From Nitrososphaerota archaeon (lineage in GTDB: Archaea > Thermoproteota > Nitrososphaeria_A > Caldarchaeales > Calditenuaceae), in assembly GCA_038741355.1 (NCBI GenBank), contig JAVYLC010000043.1, positions 1-14,488 of the forward strand: DNA of 14,488 nucleotides, read 5' to 3'. The translations under genes were made by a program, and so were the position numbers. The notes beneath the pieces were generated by a model that saw nothing but the letters and a program-made list of their open reading frames with translations, ran no database searches and was not told where the DNA came from. How positions within the stretch are numbered: the stretch's first letter is position 1; the number at the start of each line of letters is the position of its first letter. Of this stretch, positions 7,769 through 14,488 are shown piece by piece.

Positions 7769-8221
7769 ATGACAGAGCTCGATGAGAAGGACCTTGCAAT
7801 AATACGGCTACTGCAGACTGATGCACGGATGCCAGCCTCAATGATAGCGGAGAGGATTGGGATGCCTGAGAACACAGTACGCTTCAGGATTAAGAGGCTA
7901 CTGGAGAGGGGGGTTATCAGAGGATTCGTCGCAATAGTCGATCCGAGGAAGATCGGCCTCAACGTCTCAGCGGCCTTCATGATAAAGCTGGACCCCAACC
8001 TTAGGGAGGAGGCTATAGGCGAGCTGAAGAATTGGGGAGAGATACTGAACATCTACCAGTTCAGCGGCGAATACGACCTGATCGCCGTAGCCTTTGCCCG
8101 CGACCTGACTAACCTCCAAAACCTTATCGACAGGGTCAAGCAGGTTAAAGGTGTGAGAGAGGTGAACGTTCTGGTTACTACACGGGTTATAAAGTCGCAT
8201 CCAACCTACATACTAGAGTGA
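7769..8221 (+). CDS. Lrp/AsnC-family transcriptional regulator
   Basis: 150 aa. N-terminal HTH: DEKDLAIIRLLQTDARMPASMIAERIGMPENTVRFRIKRLLERGVIRGF. C-terminal RAM-type domain: ...YQFSGEYDLIAVAFARDLTNLQNLIDRV.... It starts 7 nt after the permease stop. Confidence 0.92.
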   Translation: MTELDEKDLAIIRLLQTDARMPASMIAERIGMPENTVRFRIKRLLERGVIRGFVAIVDPRKIGLNVSAAFMIKLDPNLREEAIGELKNWGEILNIYQFSGEYDLIAVAFARDLTNLQNLIDRVKQVKGVREVNVLVTTRVIKSHPTYILE

Positions 8222-8440
8222 GGACTCCTCTCAGTAAGGGGACGGCTCTGTCGTGGATTTTGTAAGAGTGATGGAGCTGTTTCAGCAAGGTTCGTGGGAT
8301 CTAAAAGCATCCCACTTTACCTTAACGGAGAAGATGTCGACCCCACACTATCTTTTCCGCTGAACGTCTGGGCCATCCCGGTTATACCTTATCAGATGCA
8401 TCTTGTAGATTGCGAGTGAATTCCATATCCAGTAATGTTG

Positions 8441-8474
8441 TATATATTTATATCCAAGTATATTAAGGATATAA
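8441..8474 (+). promoter_or_regulatory. TATA-rich promoter overlapped by a perfect 8-bp inverted repeat (operator-like) upstream of the RHH gene
   Basis: TATATATTTATAT spans 8441-8453, about 30 nt before GTG 8478, implying a leaderless or near-leaderless mRNA. TTATATCC (8448-8455) and GGATATAA (8467-8474) form an inverted repeat with an 11-nt spacer. An extra ATATCC half-site lies at 8425-8430. Confidence 0.45.
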
Positions 8475-8477
8475 CGA

Positions 8478-8645
8478 GTGTCCTCCAAGGGAATATACAT
8501 AAAGGGAATAGATCGAAGACTTAAGGCGCTCGCCGCGGAAAAAGGGACCCATGTATACAAACTGCTAAACGAGGCGATCAGCAACTATCTCGCGACATAT
8601 TCGTCGAAGACTTATAGGGGGAATGTGGAGGCGAGGAGGCGGTAA
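8478..8645 (+). CDS. Small ribbon-helix-helix (CopG/Arc/VapB-like) DNA-binding protein, putative antitoxin/autoregulator; not in the supplied ORF track
   Basis: 55 codons starting at GTG: VSSKGIYIKGIDRRLKALAAEKGTHVYKLLNEAISNYLATYSSKTYRGNVEARRR. The beta-strand (GIYIKGI), helix (DRRLKALAAEKG) and helix (THVYKLLNEAISNYL) pattern is typical of RHH antitoxins. An in-frame TAA lies immediately upstream at 8472-8474. The minus-strand track ORF 8348-8584 appears to be its shadow. Confidence 0.55.
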   Translation: MSSKGIYIKGIDRRLKALAAEKGTHVYKLLNEAISNYLATYSSKTYRGNVEARRR

Positions 8646-8869
8646 ACAACGAGGTATATCTGAGAATTAGTTCTGACCCATCGATGGAAGGGCGTTGGGT
8701 GGGAATAGCTGGGGGCAAGCTTGTGAAAGTGTAGGATGAGCTTGAAGTGGTCATAGAGTCGATGAGGGAGGCCTATGCCGTCGGACGATTCAGGCATGGT
8801 ATCGTGACGCGGGTGGGAGAGGGTGCGGAGAGGCGAGAATGGCTTGCAGGCAGTCTTCAAGCGTTATAG
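8618..8869 (+). pseudogene. DUF5678-like small protein gene, disrupted by an internal TAG and lacking a usable start
   Basis: The frame reads ...NNEVYLRISSDPSMEGRWVGIAGGKLVKV*DELEVVIESMREAYAVGRFRHGIVTRVGEGAERR.... The GRWVGIAGGKLV core resembles the DUF5678 signature (y.GKWVAI.dGKVV). An in-frame TAG lies at 8732-8734. The only ATG (8684) falls inside the conserved region. Confidence 0.45.
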
Positions 8870-9269
8870 CTGCTCAAAGCCTTGAGCATTTCTATACAGC
8901 AAGCATTAAACTCAGCAACAAAATAACCGGCACAGAAATTACGCTGGCCGCAATCTTGGACAGCGGATTCGGCGGATACGTGATGGTTACGCGTGAAACA
9001 TATCAGGCCCTTGAGCTATCGCTTATGGAAGCGCATGAAGACCAGTTTCCTACCCACACAACTATGGCGAGAGCAATAGTTCTCCGTACAAGCCTAGCCC
9101 AAGTCGAGATTGCTGAAAACCCTGCTCACAGAGGTTATAACACCTAAACATGGTACCGGAAAACCTCATAGGGCGGAGAATGCTCCAACAATTCACAACA
9201 ATACTTCACAGAAACGTGAAATGCTGCGTAGGAGAGGCTGAGCTTATAGACGACTCAGCAGCAACATAG
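8839..9269 (+). pseudogene. Retropepsin-like clan AA aspartic protease (archaeal D-T-G-F / AF_0612-type family), frameshifted
   Basis: Frame 1 (8839-9147) carries the active-site block AAILDSGFGGYVMV (D-S-G-F). The C-terminal retropepsin block ENLIGRRMLQQF (compare HIV protease IIGRNLLTQ) lies in another frame (9159-9269). A third frame between them (KTLLTEVITPKHGTG) fits the family best. This means at least one and probably two frameshifts, both at AAAA runs (9116-9119 and 9160-9163). Confidence 0.6.
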
Positions 9270-9292
9270 AACAGAATAATTAAGATGTCTCC

Positions 9293-10195
9293 TCAGCCGC
9301 CTGAGATGGAGGGTGCTACCTCGCTCATAAGCCGCCTTATATTCTCGATGTAGGTCTTTGCAGGCTGGTCCCCCAAGTACAGGACGAGGTGGCTTGCACC
9401 GCTCCGCAGGTATTTCGAAAGCTGCTCAGCAACCTCTCCTGCACTGCCGCCCACTATGAAGCGCCTATCCCCCAGCGGCGAGGTGTACTCCCTAGACCCC
9501 TTACCGCCTAGCTCGACCGTCAGCCTGGCCGAGAATACGAAGCCGGGCCTCGCCCTCCCTGCCACGCCCCTCACCATCTCCGCGAAATCGCCCGGATGCA
9601 TACCAGTGACATGCCACCCGTCGGCAAGCCTCAAGGCCCGCTCCAACGCCGCCCTGCTGTTGCCTCCAAGCCAGATGGGTGGTCCGCCCGGCTGCGCAGG
9701 CAGCGGCTCGAAGACCACATCCTCAACCCTGTAGAACTCTCCCGCGAAGACTGGCCTCTCACTGCTCCACAGGGTTTTCATAAGCTTGATCGATTCCTCC
9801 TCAATCCTGCCGCGTTTCTTGAAGCTGGCTCCCAGGTTCCTGAACTCCTGCCGGTTCCAGCCGACGCCCAGCCCGACGACAAGCCTGCCTCCTGTGAGGG
9901 AGTCGATAGTGGCGAGCTGCTTGGCTGTTAGGACGGCGTTTCTCATTGGGATGACTATGATGGAGGTCCCTATCCTTATCCGCTCAGTGACAGAGCCTAT
10001 CGCCGCGAGGACGGCTATGCTCTCGTATATGCGGCCGTAGGGGTAATAGTTGGACGTGTCGATGACTATGTGGTCTGTGGTCCAGATCGAGTCGTATCCA
10101 AGCTCCTCCGCGGCCCTCGCAACGCTATATACGGAGTCGGGTGACAAATTGCGTCCGAAGTGTGGAATGGCAATACCGAGTAGTGGGCGAGCCAC
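9293..10195 (-). CDS. LLM-class (luciferase-like) flavin/F420-dependent oxidoreductase
   Basis: 300 aa. Family blocks: LGYDSIWTTDH, RIRIGTSIIVIPMRNAVLTAKQLATIDSLTGGRLVVGLGVGW, PIWLGGNS and ADGW. GTG start, with AAAATGTAAATA TATA-like DNA about 25-30 nt upstream. Confidence 0.88.
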   Translation of the reverse strand: MARPLLGIAIPHFGRNLSPDSVYSVARAAEELGYDSIWTTDHIVIDTSNYYPYGRIYESIAVLAAIGSVTERIRIGTSIIVIPMRNAVLTAKQLATIDSLTGGRLVVGLGVGWNRQEFRNLGASFKKRGRIEEESIKLMKTLWSSERPVFAGEFYRVEDVVFEPLPAQPGGPPIWLGGNSRAALERALRLADGWHVTGMHPGDFAEMVRGVAGRARPGFVFSARLTVELGGKGSREYTSPLGDRRFIVGGSAGEVAEQLSKYLRSGASHLVLYLGDQPAKTYIENIRRLMSEVAPSISGG

Positions 10196-10239
10196 AGCAC
10201 TACACCATCTTGCCCCCTATTTACATTTTAGACAATGGG

Positions 10240-12021
10240 CTACATGGCCCAGAGTGGGTTGGTCTTCCTCTTAATCTCCACTATCTCGTTGAGCGCGGAT
10301 TTTGCATCCTCACTAAGCCTGTCCCGGAAGGTGGTTAGGAGTAGGCGGGCATCACTCTCGGGTATTGCGACGTATAGTGTCTCGCCTTCCTTTATGTGCC
10401 TACCAACCACTGGCTCCCTCATCGAGATGGCCACCTTCTCTCCGGCAGAGGCCAATGCCACGGGCCTACCCATGTTCTGAAGCTGGGTGACAACCCCCAC
10501 GACTCTGCCGGACGAGTTCATCAAGCTGACATGGGGTGTAAGCTGGCCTGAGAGAACCTCTACACCAAATATCGCGGGATTGCTCCTCCTAAATACGAGG
10601 CCTTCAAGGACCCTGACCTTGGCTGGCTTAACAAGCCTCTCGAAGCCGGCCCTCGCGCGCTCCTCGCGCGTCGTGGTAACCCACTGCAGATACTCGTCGA
10701 CCAGTCTGAAGAGGACCTCGCCCCTGAATATCCTGACCCCCCGGCTCGCAGCCTCCGCCTCCAACTCTTTAGACACATCGACATTGAATGCTAGGATCAC
10801 GCCTAGAAACTCGTCCTTCAGCTTGACCGCGGCGGACTCCATCACATCCCTCTTTGATACGTCGCCGATGTCAGCCGATCTTATCGGGATTCCCTTCTCC
10901 CTCAGATAGTTCACCATCGCCTCTAGCGTGCCCAGTGTGTCCGCCTTCACCACGACTCCTATCTTGTCGGTCCTCACAACGAACTCCTCAACCTCGCTCC
11001 GCAGCCTAGCGAAAACCTCTTCGAGCTTCTCCTCGCTTGAGACGACGTAGAGTGGCGAGCCTGGCACGGCTGCGTCGAGACCATCGCCAACCATCTTCAC
11101 GCCTGCCGAGGCCCTGACCTCCTCCACATGCTTGAACCTGTCCCGAGGATCTCTCATCTCGTCCAGCGGCTTGGGCATTAGGAGGGCTCTGACCCTCACT
11201 ACCATCGGCCCCTCCCTGCCAAGCACAGCAACCCTATCCTCTACGCGTAGTATGCCATCGCTTATCACGGCGTTTGCCGTGGCTCCAAGCCCCACTTCCT
11301 CCACAATCTCTAGGATAGCGCCCTCGGCTCCCTTCTCCTCGGACTCCAGCTGCCTCGACATATATGCTTGGGCCAGCCCTAGGATAACTAGAAGGAGGTC
11401 GGCCACGCCCTCGCCGGTCTTCGCGCTGACTGGTACAATAGCCACGGTCTTTGCGAAGTTGGTTATCCTCGCGTAGAGGTCTGACTGGAATCCGAGGCTT
11501 GAGAGCTGTCCTACAACACTGTATAGGCGGGCCTCTAGCGCCTCTCTAACTCGCGGAGCCTGATTGTTGAAGGAGTCTTTGAAGGGGGCGCCCTCAACCG
11601 GCTTCCACCCCGTTATCATGTCTATCTTGTTGAGCGCGACCACGAAGGGGGTCTTCCTAGCCCTGAGGAGCTGGATGCTCTCAACAGTCTGCTCCTGTAT
11701 CCCCTGCATTACATCGACGACTAGGACTGCCATGTCGGCGATCGAGCCCCCCCTCTTCCTAAGGTTTGCGAAGACCTGGTGGCCGGGTGTGTCTATGAAT
11801 AGGAGACCGGGAACCTTTAGCTGGACCTTTACCTCCCCCAGCAGCCTCCTACAAGTCTCCAGCACAGCGTCCAGTGGGAAGTGGCTAGCACCTATGTGCT
11901 GGGTTATGCCGCCTGCCTCCCGCCTAGCAACTACCGTGCCCCTCATCTTATCGAGGAGGGAGGTTTTACCGTGGTCCACATGCCCCAAGACCACGACAAT
12001 CGGCTCCCGGATCCAGCCCAT
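10240..12021 (-). CDS. infB: Translation initiation factor aIF5B (IF-2 homologue)
   Basis: G1 GHVDHGKT, G3 DTPGH, G4 NKID, and full-length domain layout. I prefer ATG 12021 (MGWIREPIVVVLGHVDHGKT), preceded by GGGGGTGGCGGGGAG. The track ORF extends to GTG 12060. Confidence 0.96.
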   Translation of the reverse strand: MGWIREPIVVVLGHVDHGKTSLLDKMRGTVVARREAGGITQHIGASHFPLDAVLETCRRLLGEVKVQLKVPGLLFIDTPGHQVFANLRKRGGSIADMAVLVVDVMQGIQEQTVESIQLLRARKTPFVVALNKIDMITGWKPVEGAPFKDSFNNQAPRVREALEARLYSVVGQLSSLGFQSDLYARITNFAKTVAIVPVSAKTGEGVADLLLVILGLAQAYMSRQLESEEKGAEGAILEIVEEVGLGATANAVISDGILRVEDRVAVLGREGPMVVRVRALLMPKPLDEMRDPRDRFKHVEEVRASAGVKMVGDGLDAAVPGSPLYVVSSEEKLEEVFARLRSEVEEFVVRTDKIGVVVKADTLGTLEAMVNYLREKGIPIRSADIGDVSKRDVMESAAVKLKDEFLGVILAFNVDVSKELEAEAASRGVRIFRGEVLFRLVDEYLQWVTTTREERARAGFERLVKPAKVRVLEGLVFRRSNPAIFGVEVLSGQLTPHVSLMNSSGRVVGVVTQLQNMGRPVALASAGEKVAISMREPVVGRHIKEGETLYVAIPESDARLLLTTFRDRLSEDAKSALNEIVEIKRKTNPLWAM

Positions 12022-12106
12022 CTCCCCGCCACCCCCTACTCTGTATAACCCATTCCCCACCCACGTAATTAACGATGCATCCCCTAGCCGCGTCTCGAGG
12101 GCGCGG

Positions 12107-12114
12107 TTTTATTG
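12107..12114 (+). promoter_or_regulatory. TATA box for a leaderless HD-domain gene
   Basis: TTTTATTG is centred about 27 nt upstream of ATG 12138. Confidence 0.4.
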
Positions 12115-12137
12115 GGGGCTGTGTTCTATGCATAGCT

Positions 12138-12920
12138 ATGGGACGGGTCTCAGAGAAGCTGGTTGAGGAGAAGGTTAGGGGCGACGAGGTTCTATCCACA
12201 CTGTACCACGAGCTGGAGGGTGATGAGGAGCTCCAGACAAGTCTCAGGCTCTGTAACGACATGGTGGTTAAGAGGCTCTACTATAACGACCATGGCCCAA
12301 TGCATGCCAAGATAGTGGCGGGCTCAGCCCTAGAGATACTTGACATACTGACTAGGCGGGGTTTGAGGCCTGTGACAGTCCAGCACGGCCTCAGCAACCG
12401 AGACGCCGCAATCGTTGTGATGCTAGGCGCCTATCTCCACGATATAGGCAACATGATTCACAGGGAGATGCATCACATAACCGGAACCTACATCGCCTCT
12501 GGAATCTTATCTAGGATACTGCCAAAATATTATCCAGACCTGAAGACGCAGATGAGGGTTAGGCAAGAGATACTCCACTCAATACTCGCACACGACGATA
12601 ACGTGCAGGCACTAAGCTTGGAGGCGGGGATAGTCAAGCTTGCGGACGGGACAGACATGGCCGAGGGGAGGGCCAGATACCCATACATGTATGGGAAGTC
12701 GGACATACACGCCTTCTCCGCACTAGCTATTAAGTCGGTCGAGCTAAAGGAGGGTGACGATGTCCCACTAATAGTCGAGGTGGATATGATCAACGAAGCG
12801 GGAGTCTTCCAGGTGGAGGAGGTCTATGGCAAAAAGATAGCCACCTCGGGGCTGGACAGGTTCGTCACAGTGAGGCTACTACTCCGAGGAAAATATCTCA
12901 AAAGCTATAGCACCTCCTGA
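12138..12920 (+). CDS. HD/HDIG-domain metal-dependent phosphohydrolase
   Basis: HGPMHAKIV ... GAYLHDIGNMIHREMHH ... ILAHDD ... KLADGTDMAEGR, giving the H..HD..D arrangement with an HDIG motif. The track start ATG 12075 would add a non-protein-like 21-aa extension running through the TATA box, so 12138 is preferred. Confidence 0.85.
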   Translation: MGRVSEKLVEEKVRGDEVLSTLYHELEGDEELQTSLRLCNDMVVKRLYYNDHGPMHAKIVAGSALEILDILTRRGLRPVTVQHGLSNRDAAIVVMLGAYLHDIGNMIHREMHHITGTYIASGILSRILPKYYPDLKTQMRVRQEILHSILAHDDNVQALSLEAGIVKLADGTDMAEGRARYPYMYGKSDIHAFSALAIKSVELKEGDDVPLIVEVDMINEAGVFQVEEVYGKKIATSGLDRFVTVRLLLRGKYLKSYSTS

Positions 12921-13020
12921 TAGTCCACAGTTAGTGGCTATACATACATAAAACTGTGAAAAATAATGTTAACTTACCTATCAACCTTTATATTGTACTG
13001 TCAAGTCTCTAGGAGCCGCT

Positions 13021-14361
13021 ATGAAAAGGGAAGCGGCAATACTGTTGGCTGCCGCGTTCCTGCTATCCCTATTTCTGACGACGGCACAGGCGCAGGAGAT
13101 CCCGCGGGAAGAAACAGTCTACCACTCCTCTGACTGGGGGCCACCCAAGGGCTTCAACCCTCTACTACCCTCCGTAGACTGGGGCACTCAGATGATGTAT
13201 CCTTCACTCTTTATGTATAGTAGGTTCAGTGATGAGTAGACACCCTATGCCGCTGAGAGTTATAGATGGGTTGACAAGTACACTCTCGAGGTTAAGATCA
13301 GACCTGAGGCGAAGTGGTGGGACGGTAGGCCAGTAACTGCAAATGATGTAAAATACACCTTCGAGCTTGGGAAGAAGTACACTATAGGGGCATTAACTCC
13401 GATGTGGGATTACGTTGAGGATGTTAGAGTTATTGACCAAAAGACTGTGCAGCTAGTTACCAGTGAGGCGAAACTGAATTACTTCCAGCTCCTCGGAATA
13501 CTCACAACATTTATAATTCCTCAACACAGATGGTCTGCCCTCGAGGCACAGATGGGTGGCAAGATTGCAAGCGAGTATATGGAACAGAAGCCGGAGGAGA
13601 TTGTTGGAGCCGGTCCCTACAAGCTACTAAGATTTACTGAGGATACATTCTGCTATGCGAGGGTTGACAACTGGTGGGGCCGGGACCTTTTCGGTCTTCC
13701 GCGCCCTCAGTACATTTGTCATAGAACATTCAAGGATAACCCTGCTGCAGCGCTAGCGTTCGAGACTGGAGAGCTTGACTCTATGACCCACTTCACGCCT
13801 AAGATCTGGGAGCTCTGGGAGGTTAAGCGCCTTGAGAGGAGGACATACTTCGCCAAGCAGCCATACTATCTAGGTGATAGCCCAATCCTCCTATACATGA
13901 ACTACGAAAAGAAGGCGTTAGCAAACCCGAATGTTAGGAGAGCTATCGCTCATGCAATACCTTTCGATGAGCTGATAAGCAAGCCCTACTACAACTACAG
14001 CATCCGCGCATCGCCATCCCTCATAGTCCACACAAGCCCCGCAGCCAGATACATCGACAAGAAATTGGAGCCCATGTACCCTGTCTATGACCTGAATAAG
14101 GCTAAGAAGATACTCGACGACGCTGGCATAGTAGACCGGGATGGGGATGGGTGGAGGGATCTTCCTGACGGTACTCCTCTGAAGGGCTTAACTATTCAGG
14201 TGCCATACGGGTGGACTGACTGGATGGCCATGTGCGAGATAATAGCGCAGAACCTAAAGTCGATTGGTATAGAGGTTAGCACTGAGTTCCCTGACTTTAG
14301 TGTCTGGTGGCAGCGTTCAATAGACAAGCAGCTAGACCTAAATCTTGGATGGTCGGCGGGT
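13021..14361 (+). pseudogene. ABC transporter substrate-binding protein, family 5 (peptide/nickel, DppA/OppA-like), interrupted by an in-frame TAG and 3'-truncated
   Basis: Signal peptide MKREAAILLAAAFLLSLFLTTAQA. Track ORFs 13021-13239 and 13402-14400 are in the same frame. Family-5 similarity runs straight through the single TAG at 13237-13239 (...FSDE*TPYAAESYRWVDKYTLEVKIRPEAKWWDGRPVTANDVKYTFEL...). Similarity ends near GWSAG (14347-14361), only about 445 codons into a family whose archaeal members I expect to be several hundred residues longer. Confidence 0.8.
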
Positions 14362-14488
14362 GTGGATAGGCTCCGGCCACGGGGAATACGCGTGCCATAA
14401 CCGCGAGTGCATAGAGTAGAATCATGGCGAGCCAGTAGTAGGGGACCTGTGAAAGCACGAGGAAGACTGGGAGGAGAGCATTGTCAAC
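14362..14488 (-). pseudogene. Fragment of an OppB/DppB-type ABC peptide permease; the reading frame enters from beyond the window and loses similarity at the junction
   Basis: Minus-strand translation: VDNALLPVFLVLSQVPYYWLAMILLYALAVMARVFPVAGAY. This matches the permease block D..a....l.g.s.P.FW.g..Li.l.sv....P.sG that sits about mid-protein in DppB/OppB. After GAY the frame runs on without similarity to a TAA at 14299-14297. Confidence 0.6.

Noticed and set aside
8266-8362. Possible C/D-box sRNA: GTGATGG at about 8268 and CTGA at about 8359. The region also contains the GTGGGAT/ATCCCAC hairpin at 8294-8315.
   Set aside because: The C box is imperfect, the box spacing (about 95 nt) is far longer than typical archaeal C/D sRNAs, and no C'/D' pair is evident. 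The hairpin alone is not diagnostic.
8222-8419. The Lrp reading frame stays open for 65 codons after its TGA (8219-8221), raising the idea of read-through or a lost C-terminal domain.
   Set aside because: The Lrp protein is already full-length (HTH plus RAM domain). The extension has no recognisable motif and no good internal start. An open stretch of this length is not very improbable by chance.
8348-8860. Minus-strand track ORFs 8348-8584 (78 aa) and 8612-8860 (82 aa).
   Set aside because: They have no recognisable family features. They are antisense to the plus-strand RHH gene and the DUF5678-like frame, which do show family-typical motifs. The first would also have to read through the AT-rich promoter palindrome.
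12022-12137. Longer N-terminal extensions given by the track: infB from GTG 12060, HDIG gene from ATG 12075, binding protein from GTG 5220, ATPase from GTG 6164, MFS from TTG 3823.
   Set aside because: The extensions are not protein-like or run through TATA elements. Downstream ATGs have better Shine-Dalgarno or leaderless geometry or stop/start overlap. Start sites remain uncertain without experimental data.
1-14488. CRISPR arrays, rRNA genes, inteins in infB, and larger tandem repeats.
   Set aside because: No regularly spaced direct repeats or rRNA-like segments were seen. aIF5B is of normal length with contiguous G-domain motifs.

Overview
This looks like an archaeal chromosomal segment. 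aIF5B, ribosomal protein eS6, TATA-box/leaderless gene starts and oligo-T terminators point to a crenarchaeote-like hyperthermophile, but that assignment is inference only. Most of the window is tightly packed housekeeping and transport genes:
- rps6e
- an MFS transporter
- a two-domain VOC ring-cleaving dioxygenase
- a four-gene metal (Mn/Fe-type) ABC uptake operon ending in an Lrp/AsnC regulator
- an LLM-class flavin oxidoreductase
- infB (aIF5B)
- an HDIG phosphohydrolase

Three parts are not ordinary:
1. Positions 1-2028 form a gene-poor patch that looks AT-richer by eye. It holds a very divergent IS110-like (DEDD) recombinase homologue with unusually long non-coding flanks, and next to it a decayed N-terminus of an IS5-type transposase.
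2. Positions 8222-9290 form a second AT-richer patch. A small, unlisted ribbon-helix-helix gene sits behind a palindromic promoter, followed by a decayed DUF5678-like gene and a decayed retropepsin-like (clan AA, D-S/T-G-F) protease gene.
3. At the right end, a family-5 (peptide/nickel) ABC binding-protein gene carries one in-frame TAG. It then abuts the 3'-truncated end of an OppB/DppB-type permease gene fragment (its 5' part continuing past the window edge) on the opposite strand, which looks like an inversion junction.

I found no rRNA, tRNA or CRISPR array. All homology calls are by-eye motif recognition; nothing was searched or computed.
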